64,000 bases of DNA from Chiloscyllium plagiosum (lineage: Eukaryota): the NCBI RefSeq assembly GCF_004010195.1, contig NC_057720.1, forward strand, positions 90,658,923 to 90,722,922, written 5' to 3'. A program made the position numbers and the translations under genes. The notes under the pieces are model-generated. The model had not been told where the DNA came from. It was given only the letters and a program-made list of their open reading frames with translations, and made no database searches. Shown here piece after piece: positions 51,755-64,000 of this stretch (positions are counted from its first letter, which is position 1; every line of letters starts with the position of its first letter).

Positions 51755-52080
51755 TGAGTTTGTTTTACTTGATTCTGTTGAATTGAGTTGACTGGATTTT
51801 GGCTTTGTTTTAGCTGATTTGGTTGAACTGAGTTGATTGGATTTTGGCTTTGTTTTAGCTGATTTGGTTGAACTGAGTTGATTGGATTTTGGCTTTGATT
51901 TTACTTGGTTTTGTTGAATTGTGTTTATTGGTTTTTGAAATTGTTTTATTTGATTCTGTTGAATTGAATTGGTTGGATTCTGATTATGTTTCATTTAAAT
52001 CTGTTGTTTTGTGTTGATGGGATTCTGATTTTATTTTCCTTGATTCTGTTGAATTGAGTTGATTGGATTCTTATTCAGTT
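51755..52080. repeat. 45-bp tandem repeat (~7 degenerate units) in the J-CH1 intron
   Basis: Unit gttttagctgatttggttgaactgagttgattggattttggcttt; two identical copies plus diverged flanking units. Confidence 0.85.
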
Positions 52081-53693
52081 TGTGAAATTGATCTGCGTTT
52101 TCATGCTTTCTGTAATTGGTGTTTTCTTTCTGGTGAGGAGATTTTCTCTCTGGATTACTTTTCATTACCAATATTTATCAAGTTCTTTTGTTTTTTATGA
52201 ATCATTTCTGCATTTGTTAAACTCATATGACATTTTTCTCTGCTTGATTGAAAACATTACATCCGTTTGTAACGTTCTGAAAACCAACTTAATATAGAAA
52301 CCCGGAATTGTGAGAAATGAAAAAAAACGAGTTTTTAATGTATTGCCTTTTAAAAACAAATCTCAGTTCTAATTGTAAACTAACTGAATTTTATTTTGAG
52401 TAGCCTCATTCAAAATAAAATTTTGGATTAAAATCTGAAACTGCAGTATTGATCAGATTACGTAACTGAAACTAACTTAAAATTTTAATGTGGTAATATT
52501 CGTCCATTCAGTAATTTTGTTTTGACCATGAAGTGATTAATCAATATAAGCCTTCAACCACTCTACTGTGCGCTGCACAAGATTGTCATGATCAAGAAGA
52601 GTGTGCAGGTTGGAAATAAATTGAACTGTTGCCGGAAACGTTGCAGCATTAAGTGTTAGGTCCCCTCACAAACAAGGCTGCTGTTATGACTTGTTATTTC
52701 TATTCAATTTAATCATTAGTTTGCTTGATTCTGAGCAACAGTGTTAGACTTCAATTTGTTTTTTTTGTGAGGTTACATCATGTTCTTGGTTCTGTTGAAA
52801 ATGATTGCAAAGCTAGTTCTGCTGCAATCACACCATGCTGTAATTTGCTGATCGTTGATCTGTTGAGGAGGGACTGTGCTTGGGTAACATTAAATGTGTT
52901 ATATTTGGGAAACCGTTTCTGGTTTCTACATTGTTTTTGCAATGTTAACATGCTTGGTGACAATGAACCACTCCAGGTTCCTCATTCAATGCAATCAGCA
53001 TGCGAGTTGAAATTTCATAAAGCCTATTATTTAGTGAAAGGCAAATCGCAAAGGTTTTAGTAATGAATGGAAAACAGATGCCTTCACGGGCAATTTTTCC
53101 TTAAAAGAAATAATTAAGGATTAATCTAATCCATGCTTTACAATCCAAATTCAGAACTCAACTATCTAGTTCAATCACAAGGTCTGTCTTTAAACAGTTT
53201 ACAAAGTCATAGAGAAATATAAATAGAATTTCAAAAGTATTATGTTCTAATAGTTCTTCCGCTTGAGCAAAAATGGCATGACAGTGTATTAATTGATCAC
53301 GAAACACCTGTTAATTCCGCTGTACTCTACATACATAATTTTTCTGGCTGGAAAAGATAATTGGCAAAGACCATTTGGAAATTCTGCTCAATTCTATGAA
53401 GAACAGATCGGTTTCACTGCTTTGATCAGTTTCACAAGTAACTTGAGTTAATTCATTGTTATGTCCCTGATTAAACTGGATTTGCAGGATAAAAATAAAA
53501 CATTAACTGAATTATTTAATCTGCACAGTGCTTTAGGTGTTCCCAATCTGTGCATTTTAAATAAATAGTTACATTTTACTGACGAGTAAAATATCAACTG
53601 ACGAGTCATTTTTTCGCAAACAACTGCTATCGTGAATTATGTGACCAAGGCCAAATTGTGAATTAATTAAAATAATTCACTCATAAACTCGCA

Positions 53694-54040
53694 GGGCATC
53701 ATGGTGGTTCAATGGTTGGCATTGTAGCCTCACAGCGCCAGGGTCCAAAATTCGACTCCACCCTTGGGTGACTGCCTGTGTGGAGTTTGCACATTCTCCC
53801 TGTGTCTGCGTGGGTTTCCTTTCGGCGCTCTGGTTTCCTACCACAGTCCAAAAGATGTGCAGGTCAGGTGATTGTGCAATTTAGCACAGCCATAGTGTTC
53901 AGGGATGTGTCGGTTAGGTTGCATTAGTCAGGGGTAAATATAAGTTAGGAGCAATGGGTCTGGGAAGACAACTTACTGTTAAGAGGGTCAGTGTGGAATT
54001 GTTGGGCCAAATGACCTGTTTCCATACTGTAGGAACTCTA
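53694..54040 (+). mobile_element. tRNA-derived SINE (HE1-like)
   Basis: Head gggca..tggtggttcaatggttggc..ctcacagcgccagg; core gtgtggagtttgcacattctccc. Confidence 0.85.
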
Positions 54041-54275
54041 ATCTTAAAACCATGGGAGTACTTGCTGCAAACACAGAAAATTCATTTTACATCGATGTGT
54101 TCAGACGTATGCAGAGTTCACAAATTTGTAGAAGACATGAACTAGAGGATAACAGAGCACTTGTTTATTCAAACACTGAAAATAGAGTTAAATTTATTTT
54201 AATTAATATACTTGACCGATTTATTGCAGTGTAGCGATCAGAAAGAATCTGCTCACATTAGTTAAATGTGACAAT

Positions 54276-54590
54276 CATTTAGATTAGATTTCCTGCGGTA
54301 TGTATCGGGCCATTTGGCCCAAAAGGTCCACACAGGCCCTCTGAAGAGTTACCCACCCAGACCCATTCCCCTTCCCAATATTTACTCTTGACTAAAGCAC
54401 CTAACACTATGGACAATATAGCATGACCAGTTCACCTGAATCACACATCTTTGGTTTGTGGGAGGAAACACACACAGACATAGGGGAGAATGTATGAACT
54501 CCACGCAGACAGTCGCCCATGGCTGGAACCGAGCCTGGGTACACGGATCTGTGACGCAGCTGTGCTCTCCACGAAGCCACCGCGCTGCCC
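54276..54590 (-). mobile_element. tRNA-derived SINE (HE1-like), inverted relative to its neighbour
   Basis: Reverse complement of the same consensus. Confidence 0.8.
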
Positions 54591-57500
54591 ACATTTACTT
54601 AAACATCCGTTAAAGCGAGCAACTCCAGACAGAAACATGTTTTCAATTCATACATTTTTAAAACATTTTCATACATTAAAAGCAGCTAACAAGAAAATGA
54701 ACTTGCACTAATTTCTTCAACAAAAATGCATTTCCACACTGGAATGCAGTATTAACTTTATGTAGTGCATGCAAAATCTCCACAGTTCAAGAAATGTTTT
54801 AAGAATATGTAAAAATAATTTGTAGAATAATCCATTTCCTCTGAGACTGTGCTTTAATTGGCGATAGGTCCCACCTCAATTTTGTTAATTACAATGACTT
54901 ATGAAGTTTAAACACAGTGGTTATCTACGTTCATTGTGAACACATTCGTGTTCACATTAATCCTCTGGTTATCTCCTCTGATGAATGTTCAATTACAGTG
55001 AATATATTTGACGTGAGGAATTGAGCAATGTATCCTCTAGGATCAAGATTGTTGTACAGTTTGTTTCAGTGCTATCTCCGACTAACTTGTCAACAGTCCT
55101 GACCATTTGTAAATTGTCCAGTTCGGATACCTGAATCTCAGACAGTTTAATTTCATCTCGCGCTTCAAAACCACTTTTGCCAGAAATGCAATATTCGATT
55201 AGGTGCCACAGAATTGAGAGCCCTGACTAAGTTGTACCAATCAGAATGAAAGTTTCAGGAACAAAAGCCAGATAGCAAGAGATTTGAAATTGGTTGTTGG
55301 CAACAAGAGGTATTTGATTGAGCGAGGCAGAGGGAAATATGCTGCATATTTTCTTTGTGCCTCAGTTGTGCAGGACATGTTTAGTGGCACAATGTAGAAT
55401 CAGAAATTATTTGGCATCTTATTATTTGAAAACCTATAATCAGCTTTTAATGTCACTGGCAACAGTCATAATACATTTCAAAACATTTTAATCTATTTCA
55501 AACCAAGTAGACCATCTGGTGAAGCAACATTCAGAAGGGAAAGAGGAAGGGAGTTCTAGAGTGAAATCCAGTGACAGTGAATTGATGGCAATGCAATTCC
55601 TCGATTTCTTCCTCTGTAGTTCCCATAGAGTTTGAACAATTCGGAGCTGCTGTCAAAATATTCGTGGAAAAATGTTGAAATGTTACTTTTATTGTACAAA
55701 CGTTCTGGAACAATTCTTGGTTGTTGGAAGGTGTTAATGAATAACATTGTTTATGTACTGTCAAACAGGTGGCTGTGTACTTCGTAGTAGTGTCGAGCAC
55801 ATTGTGTTCAGGCCTCTTGTGATATTGTAGTAGGGAGCCTGACTCTGCCAGGTGGCCTGTGTTCACTTCCAACCCGTTAGAGAGGTATGTAACACCATCT
55901 CTTATCAGGTTACTTCAATGCAAGAAAGCAGATTGAGATGTTTGGGTGTTTGTTGAAATTCCACTCACAGAGGCCAGTGAAATCTATTCAATCGCTGTCC
56001 TGACTTGCGTCTCTTGATATTAAACAGAATTTTGGTGGTTAGCAGCTTTTTCCAGATAAATATTTGTCCACAAGCTTTGGGGCATCGCTAGCTGGGGTTA
56101 ATGGAGTAAGTGCTCAAAGAAATCCCAACTTTTGACTTGCTGTTCTAACAGTATCATTTATAACTAATCCAGAATGAATAATTTTCGAAACATATTTAAT
56201 GAGATTATGCTTAGGCTGTTTTACTTTATATTAAACCAGTGCCGTGGCTAAATTTGATTGTTGAATACGGTGGGGGTTCCGCTGAATCCAACACTTGTAG
56301 CAGATGGTGATAGCTTTTCAGTTGGTCTTCAATTGCTATCTCAGAACATCCAGTACCTCTGCTAAGAATCATTTTCCAACCGGAGTCAAGCCAACGTAAT
56401 CACTATTTATCTCAACAGGCACGAGATCTTGTACCAAAAACATGAAAACAATTTGCTGAAGAGAGAGTCTCTGGATGCGAAAGGGTAACCTGCTTTCTCT
56501 CCACAGGAGCTGCTAGATCTGCTGAGGTTCTTCAGAAATTTCTGTCTTTATTTTGGTTTTCTAGCATTTAAAGTTTGTTGTTTCATTGAAAAATGTTCTG
56601 TTCCATGAAATACGTTCTTCAGACAAACGATGTATTTGAACAAATTGTGAATGTCCAGAGATATTAAATATCAGAGAATCATTGAATTTGAGCGCCCTGA
56701 TCTCGAGTTGTAGTTTCACAAGAAACTATTATTCACAAGGAACAACACACTCCAGAGAGCAGTGGCTGCGGTAATTGGGTGTAAGTTATTTTGATCACTC
56801 AAATAAAGAATGGAAATGATCCCGTTCCAAATAGTGAACAGAAGTTTTTATTTAAAGCATGTGTGAAACAATTAATTTGTTAAAATATGTTAACTAATAG
56901 CGTTCACCGCCAGTGCTAGCTTAATGGATGACACAATGATAGGAAGGGAGGAGCAAGAAGAGGGCACCCAGCCCCTCGAGCTGTTCCACCATTTACTTAG
57001 ATCACGATGCATCTGTGAGCTAAATTCACAGCTCTCCCTTTGGCTAAAACTCTTTAACACCTTTGATTAACAAGCAAAAACTATCCCAGATTTACTGATT
57101 CGACTGCCCATAACAAAGGATAAAAATAAATGACTGCAGATGCTGAAAACCAGATTTTGGATTAGTGGTGCTGGAAGAGCACAGCAGTTCAGGCAGCATC
57201 CGAGGAGCAGCAACAAAGGGAGACACCATTTCTGAAAGACATTTCTGTGAGTATTTTAAGTGACACAATGAGCCTGGAATTAATTGCTCATGAAAGACAA
57301 TTTCCGATTGAAACATCCGAATGATCATATTCCATTAATTTAACACTATACTTCCCTGGAATAAAGAAATATAATATGTGATTGCCTTGCTAAAAATGAG
57401 GGAAGCTTCATTCCTATTATATGATTAAGAAATAGCTCTGTTCATTCAGTGAAGACACAGTCAATGACACAGAAGGAAACCATGGCATCTTGTGGAGACA

Positions 57501-58149
57501 CACAAGTGCCTCAAATAATTTTCAATTCTTCTAGTGTTTATTTGAATCTCTAGACAGGTGTGGAAGTGTCAGACTTTTTATATCGCCTTGGGAAACCAGT
57601 TGTCATCAGCCTATTTGAATTGCTGAAGTTTGTGTGGTATTAGCACATTCACAGCTCTGTTAGGAAATGAGTCCCATGGCTGTGATCGATGAAGAGTAAA
57701 GGAGCAGGGATATAGTTGAGAGTCAAGTTGAAGTCTGATTTGGATGAAAGCTTTCATTTGAAGCATTTACATACATGTGCGCCCTTATCCTCAAAGATCA
57801 CAGTTTTGGAACATGCTGCCGAAGGGACATGTCAGCATGCGAAATGGAAGCTGAAGAGGGCACCTCAGCCTCTCTAGAATACTATTCCATTCTTGGGATC
57901 ATCATAAATCTTGTTGCTCATCAATTTTCCCAACACACCGATAACATTGAACCTGATTGTTTATTGTTAAACAAAAGAATGATGAACCTTTGAAATTCAC
58001 TGCCACAGAGATTGATTGATTGAGGTCAAAACATTAAATGATTTCAAGAAGGAGATAGGTTCCTTCAATCCTTAAAAAAAATGCTACGGATATGTGGGAG
58101 AAAGTCAGGGTACAATATTGGTTGAAAGCCATGAAATCATTGAATGGAG

Positions 58150-58705
58150 CATCATTTGTACATTGGCGCATAACGCCGAAATGGGTGGTATAATTGGCAG
58201 TGAAAGTTATCTAAATGTACAATGAGATCTTGATCAGCTGGGCCAATGGGTTGAAGAGTGGCAGATGGAAATTAACTTAAGTGAATACGAGAAGATAAAT
58301 CAGGTCACAACTTACAGAGGTAATGGTAGGGCACTGGATAGTGATGTTAAACACAGGGCCCTGTGGGTTCAGACTCATAGATTCTTGAAAGCGTTGTCTC
58401 AAGTAGCTAGTATGTTGAAGGTGTTTGGCACATGTACCTTCATTGGTCAGAGAACTGAGTGCAAGAGTTAGGGCTTCATGTTGGAACTGTCCAAAACATT
58501 GGAATGAACTGCCAGAGGAAGTGGTAAATGCAGAGATAGGTACAACATTTAGAAGACATTTAAACAGCTACAGGAACTGGATAGGTCTGGATGGATATGG
58601 GCCAACGGCAGGCAAGTGAAATTAGTTTAATTTGGGAACTCTGGTCAGCATGGATGAGCTGGATTAAAGGAACTGTTTCTGTGCTATATGACTTTATGAC
58701 TCACT
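58150..58705 (+). mobile_element. CR1-type LINE fragments
   Basis: gatcttgatcagctgggccaatggg..; 3' UTR with (ctttatga)n tail. Confidence 0.7.
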
Positions 58706-59339
58706 GACTTTATGGTGGAGTAGGCCAACGTTCAAGGTGGTGAGCAAGTGCGGGGCTAAATTGGGAATGTGGGAGAGTTTGGGCTGGTAGGCTGTGTGGT
58801 GTTGGCTGGCTACTGGGTAAGCTTGCATGAACCCTGTCTGGCAAGGTGGCATCAAGGTAAATGGTAATGGTCACAGGATAATTTGGTCGATTGTGCTTGG
58901 TAGATCAGGGGTAGTTTGAGCTGAAATGCAGGAGGTCTGTCTTTGCCAGGCTGGTTTGTGGAGAGATCAGCAGGGTGCCAGGCTTGTTAGTGTAGAGGTG
59001 GGCAGAGTCCCACAATGGTTCAGGGGTGGAAGGTCACTGTAATGAAGTGACAGGTGGACGTGATGTCAAAATGCAAAGCTCGGAGTCTGGCAAAATGGTA
59101 GGTGGTAAAGCACAGATGTGAAAGGAGCTAGGATGCAATGTGCACAGGTTGACTTGGGTAAGATGAGAGGTCTGTGACCAAGGGCTGAGGTCATGTCTCG
59201 GGTAGTGGGCTTCTGTCAGACGTTGTGAATATTACGGTGCCAGGTCCAGTCAGGTCCAGATTCACCATGGACCAGGTGCAGGGTGGCAGGAGGGGAATGA
59301 GTGAAAGGAATTGAGATCATATGTCCATCTTGAATATAG

Positions 59340-59900
59340 AAGATAGAACATTGCACTGCAGTGCAGGCCCTTCAGCCGTCCTGGTGGAACCAATCTGAAG
59401 CCTACCTATTCTACACTATTCCATTTTTATTCATATGTTTATGCAATGACATTTTAAATGCCCTTAAAGTTGGCGAGTGTACTATTGTTGCAAGCAGTGC
59501 GTTCTATGCCCCTACTACCCTCTGAGTAACGAAACAACCTCTAACTATCAGCCCTTTCCTGAAACAGAAATCTCAAACATAAACAGCCTCAAGACCCTTA
59601 TCCTTTCCTCATAAAAACTTATGACCATACCAAGCAACATCCTGGTAAACCTCCTCTGAACTCTTCCAAAGCTTCCACATTCTCCCTATAAGGTGATGAC
59701 CAGAACAATACACGATACTCCAAGTGCGGCCACACCAGAGTTTGTACAGCTGTAGACTAACCTCGTGGTTCTGAAACTCAGTCCCTTTTTCGATGAAAGC
59801 CAACACAAAGTGTGCCTTCTTAACAACCCTATCAACCTGACTCGCAACTTTTAGGGATCTATGTACATGGACACTGAGATCTCTCTACTCATCCATTCTA
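59340..59900 (-). mobile_element. CR1-type LINE 3' fragment
   Basis: Matches the C-terminal ORF2/3' UTR of other copies. Confidence 0.7.
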
Positions 59901-60473
59901 CCAAAATGGATTGCCTTGGATGTGTTTCTTGTGATAGGGATTGTGTGTTCCGGGCATGAATGGGTGCGTAGCAGGGTAGGATTTGTCAATGTGAGTGGAA
60001 ATTTAGGTCTAAACAGAGAGTAAGTGCAGTGGTTAGTCCGAGAGATGAGGTTAGGTGGTGAACTGCGTGTTAGTTTGATAGTTATTAATGTTAAAGATTA
60101 CTTGTTCATTTCTCAAATCATATTTACGTAAATACTCAGCTGTAACAGTCCAAAGTCTCTGAACTTTAATGGTCCTCTATCTTTCAGAGGCCTTGAAATT
60201 CAGTTACTTGTGAATAAGAAGTTTCAATTTCCCGATAATTGGCATGAGGTCAGCTGCGACAGCAATCCTCCCAGTCACCCAGTGCTCAGTTCCTGTCTGT
60301 GCTGCTGCTGTAGTGACCTTCCTCCCAGACAGAACATTCTGCCTTGCATTGATAAGTGAGGAAGGCTCACTGGACCTGATTCACTCTGATTTGTCTCTGG
60401 AGGTACTGACAGCTGTTGGGTATTTCCAACAATTTCTGTTTTGTTTCTGATTCCCAGCAGCACGGTACCTATT

Positions 60474-60778
60474 GGGGCGGCACGCTGGTTCCATGGTTAG
60501 CATTGCTGCCTCACAGTATTAGGGACTCCGGTTCGATTCCAGCCTCGGGTGATGGTCTGTGTGGAGTTTTCACTTTCTCCCCATGTCTGTGTGGGTTTCC
60601 TCCCAGAGTCCAAAGATGGGCAAGCTGGAGTGAATTGGTTATGTTGAGTTCAGGGATTGGGAGGTTAATTGCATGAGTCAGGGTTAAATGTAGTGTAATA
60701 GGGTAGGGGAATAGGTTAATTTTCAGAGGGTGGGTGTGGACTTGTTGGGCCAAATGGCCTGTTTGCACACACTCTAGA
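60474..60778 (+). mobile_element. tRNA-derived SINE (HE1-like)
   Basis: ggggcggcacg..tggttagcattgctgcctcacag..ggttcgattcc (A/B boxes). Confidence 0.85.
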
Positions 60779-61127
60779 ATTTCGATGAATCTGCATTTCC
60801 TTGGTTTGTATTTTGTGAAATGTCTCTGCTCTTCACTTGCAATCCAGTGAAATTGTCAGTTGGTGAGATCTTCAAATAGTTACCGGGGTGGGATCAGGAT
60901 GTTCTTCTTCCTAAACTATATGGTAATGGTCAACGCAGAAGGCATGTTTCTGAAGAGGGAACAAATGATCATGATCAGCAACTGGTATAAAACAAAACAA
61001 ATTCCAATTATGCTGTAGACCTCAGCGGGAGCATACTGGCAAACGTTTACAGCTGAGGATACATTTGAGTAACTGATAATGTCAAATTAACAGAAACTAA
61101 CATGCTCAATTGGTCATTCTATTGTAG

Positions 61128-61433
61128 AGACACCGTCACCCCCCACGCTTTATGGCCTGGTCTCCTCCTGTCAGGACCACAAAATCAGTTCTGTGATCTT
61201 TGGTTGTTTCGCGATGGACTGTTCCCCTGACGTCACCAAGGTAACCTGGAAAAAAGGTGGGGAACTATTCACGACTGGACTGAAGACTTACCCATCAGTG
61301 AGAAACAAGAAGGGAACCTACACCCTGAGCAGCCAGTTAACCCAGCCCGAGTCAGTGGTAGATTGCCCCAGCAAAACCTAATGTGAGGTTCAACACAGCG
61401 GGTCACACAAGAGCAAATAAATGCCATGTCCAG
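61128..61433 (+). pseudogene. IgM constant CH1 exon with two premature stops
   Basis: attgtag|AG ACA CCG..: [75 protein letters not shown]|GTAAG. TAA at 61379-61381 and 61418-61420. Matches shark mu CH1 as recalled. Confidence 0.92.
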
Positions 61434-61509
61434 GTAAGTGTTGTGGGAACTGAGATAAACAGAGCATCTGTGATTAACACGAATAAGGCATTACTTATAA
61501 CCGTTTTCA

Positions 61510-64000
61510 CAGAATCACCTTATACAGCATAGGAATAAGGCCCTTTGGTCCATCCTTTCCACGCCACCTAACTATTCCAGTCTCATGTGCCAGCACTTGA
61601 TTCATTGCCTTCTCTGACTTGCCTTGGCAAGGATGCATCTAAATTCTTCATACTTATTATGAGGGGCTCAGTCTGTACACGAATTATAGGCACTGAGCTC
61701 CAGACTCACACCACTCTTTGTTTGATTTTGTTTTCTCCTGAGATCCACCCTAAACCTCCTGGCCTTACCTTCACCCTGTGCTCCTGAGGCATTGATCTCT
61801 CCATCAAGGGGAAAGGTTTCATACAGTTTAACCTGTCTATGCCTAAAATAATTCCAGACATCATGATAATCTTCTCCCTAATTCTCCTCTGCTCCAAGGA
61901 AAACCCCCGTCTTTGTAATCTAGTTTCATAACTAAAACTCTCCAAACCAGGCAAGATCCTGGCACATCTCATCAATGCTGCCTTCAATATAATCACATTC
62001 ATAGAGTCATAGAGATGTACAGCATGGAAATAGATCCTTCGGTCCAACCTGTCCATGCCGACCAGATCTCCAACCCAATCTAGTCCCACCTGCCAGCACC
62101 CAGCCCATATCCCTCCAAACCCTTCCTATTCATATACCCATCCAAATGCCTCTTAAAAGTTGCAATTGTACCAGCCTCCACCACTTCCTCTAGCAGATCA
62201 TTCCATACATGTACTGCCCTCTGTGTGAAAAAGTTGCCCGTTAGGTCTCTTTTATATCTTTCCCCTCTCACCCTATCCCTATGCCCTCTAGTTCTGGACT
62301 CCCCGACCCCAGGCAAAATACTTTGCCTATTTACCCTATCCAGGCCCCTCATAATTTTATAAACCTCTATAAGGTTACCCCTCAGCCTCCGACGCGCCAG
62401 GGCAAACAACACCAGCCTGTTCAGACTCTCCCTATAGCTCAAATCCTCCAACCCTGGCAACACTGTGTAAATCTTTTCTGAATCCTTTCAAGTTTCACCA
62501 CATCTTTCCGATAGGAAGAAGACCAGAATTGCACGCAATATTCCAACAGTGGCCCAACCAATGTCCTGTACAGCTGCAACATGACCTCCCAACTCCTGTA
62601 CTCAATACTCTGACTAAAAAAGGAAAGCATACCAAAACGCCGTCTTCACTATCCTATCTATCTGCAACTCCATTTTCAAGGAGCTGTGAACCTGCACTCC
62701 AAGTTCTCTTTGTTCAGCAATACTCCCTAGGACCTGAACATTAAGTGTATAAGTCCTGCTAAGATTTGCTTTCCCAAAATGCAGCACCTCGCATTTGTCT
62801 GAATTAATCTCCATCTGCCATTATTCAGCCCATTAGCCCATCTGGTCCAGATCCTGTTGTAATCTGAGGTAACCCTCTTCGCTGTCCACTACTCCTCCAA
62901 TTTTGGTGTCATCTGCAAAGTTACTTACTGTATCTCTTATGCTCGCATCCAAATCATTTATGTAAATGCCAAAAAGTAGAGGACCCAGCACTGTACTTGT
63001 TCGCTACCTTAGATTTTCTTGTAAACATTGTCACTGAAACAGCACAATTCACCAGAACAGCAAACAGCACCCAATGTATAACACTGTAAGCCCTTCGGTA
63101 ACATGCACACAACGCTTCAGTATGGCCTAACCTGTGTTTTATGAAGTTCCAGTATCATCTCCCTACTCTTCATTGTCAATGTCTCGGCTAATAAAAGCAA
63201 ATACCTTCTTCACCTTCTTAGCCTCTTTGTCCAGACGACACAGTACTACAGGGTATCGGTGGGTATGTATACCAAAGATTCTTAGTCCTTTCCAGGCTTC
63301 TACCATTCAAAACGTAATATCTCGCAGTTTCTTCTGCCGAATTACATCACATTACACTTATCCAGAATGATTTCCATTTGCAGCTTCTCTTCACATATAA
63401 CCAATCCTTGTCTATCCTTCTGCAATCTAAAGCTGTTATGCTCATGACTTACCAACATGGCAATTTTCCTTCCAATTGTGAGTTTACTGGTTAACCCTCC
63501 TACATTCGAGGCTCAATCATTGGTATATAAGAGAACCAGCAAGAAAATCAACACCAGTCCCTTCAGAACACCACGAGGCATTGATTTCCAGTCATGCATA
63601 CACCCAATGACCATTATCCCCTGCTCCCACCACTCAGACAGTTCTGGATCCAATCTGTCAAATTAACTCGGATCCCATTGACTATGATTATTGCTATCAT
63701 CCGGACATCGAATTATCTCTCTGAAAATTACCATCAAATTGTTAAGACATGCTTTCCTGTCAATAAAACTATGCTGAAAATTGTTGATTGATCTTCCAAA
63801 GGAAGACCACTTCCGCTTCTCAAGAGTTCTAATAATTTCCCTACCGGAGACTAGCTTGACGGATGTGTGATAGCATTGTTTATCCCTTCCTTCATCCTGC
63901 ATAACAGTGCAACGTTGGCTGATCTACACTCACTTGGCACAACTGCTGTGGCCAGACAGGAATTCTAAATTATTGCCAGCGACCCAACTATATTATCCTT
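61510..64000 (-). mobile_element. Stacked CR1-type LINE fragments; a well-preserved copy at ~62000-62990 sits within or between older ones
   Basis: LYRTLVGPLLEYCVQFWSS, RTRGH..FFTQR..WN and CEVLHFG motifs. Confidence 0.85.

Noticed and set aside
51734-51994. ORF with KTKPKSNQLSSTKSA repeats
   Set aside because: Antisense translation of the 45-bp intronic tandem repeat.
53694-53770. tRNA-like sequence (also 14770 and 60474)
   Set aside because: Heads of tRNA-derived SINEs, not tRNA genes.

Overview
This is eukaryotic DNA from a cartilaginous fish (shark), covering an immunoglobulin heavy-chain cluster region embedded in repeats. At the left, on the - strand, is the 3' end of an IgNAR-type heavy-chain gene: the last C domain with secretory tail (9357-8966), TM1 (6237-6110) and TM2 (5971-5963). 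It is cut off by a 500-N scaffold gap, and the expected TM1 acceptor reads TG instead of AG. The middle holds a two-exon GPR139-like GPCR pseudogene (-) and an orphan first exon of a second copy (+). It also holds a 7.2-kb env-less class I (epsilon-like) endogenous retrovirus with a probable 2H phosphoesterase domain between protease and RT, a 1.6-kb satellite rich in CACAGTG, a rearranged duplicate of the ERV leader/LTR, a Gmr1-type Gypsy relic, and CR1/LINE, Penelope and HE1-like SINE fragments. At the right, on the + strand, is an IgM-type cluster pseudogene (leader, VH, J, CH1). It appears germline pre-joined as VD1-[22-RSS]...[12-RSS]-D2J. A ~550-bp inverted repeat precedes it, and a 45-bp G/T-rich tandem array lies in the J-C intron. 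Family assignments come from recalled motif and sequence similarity; no database search was run, and repeat boundaries are approximate.
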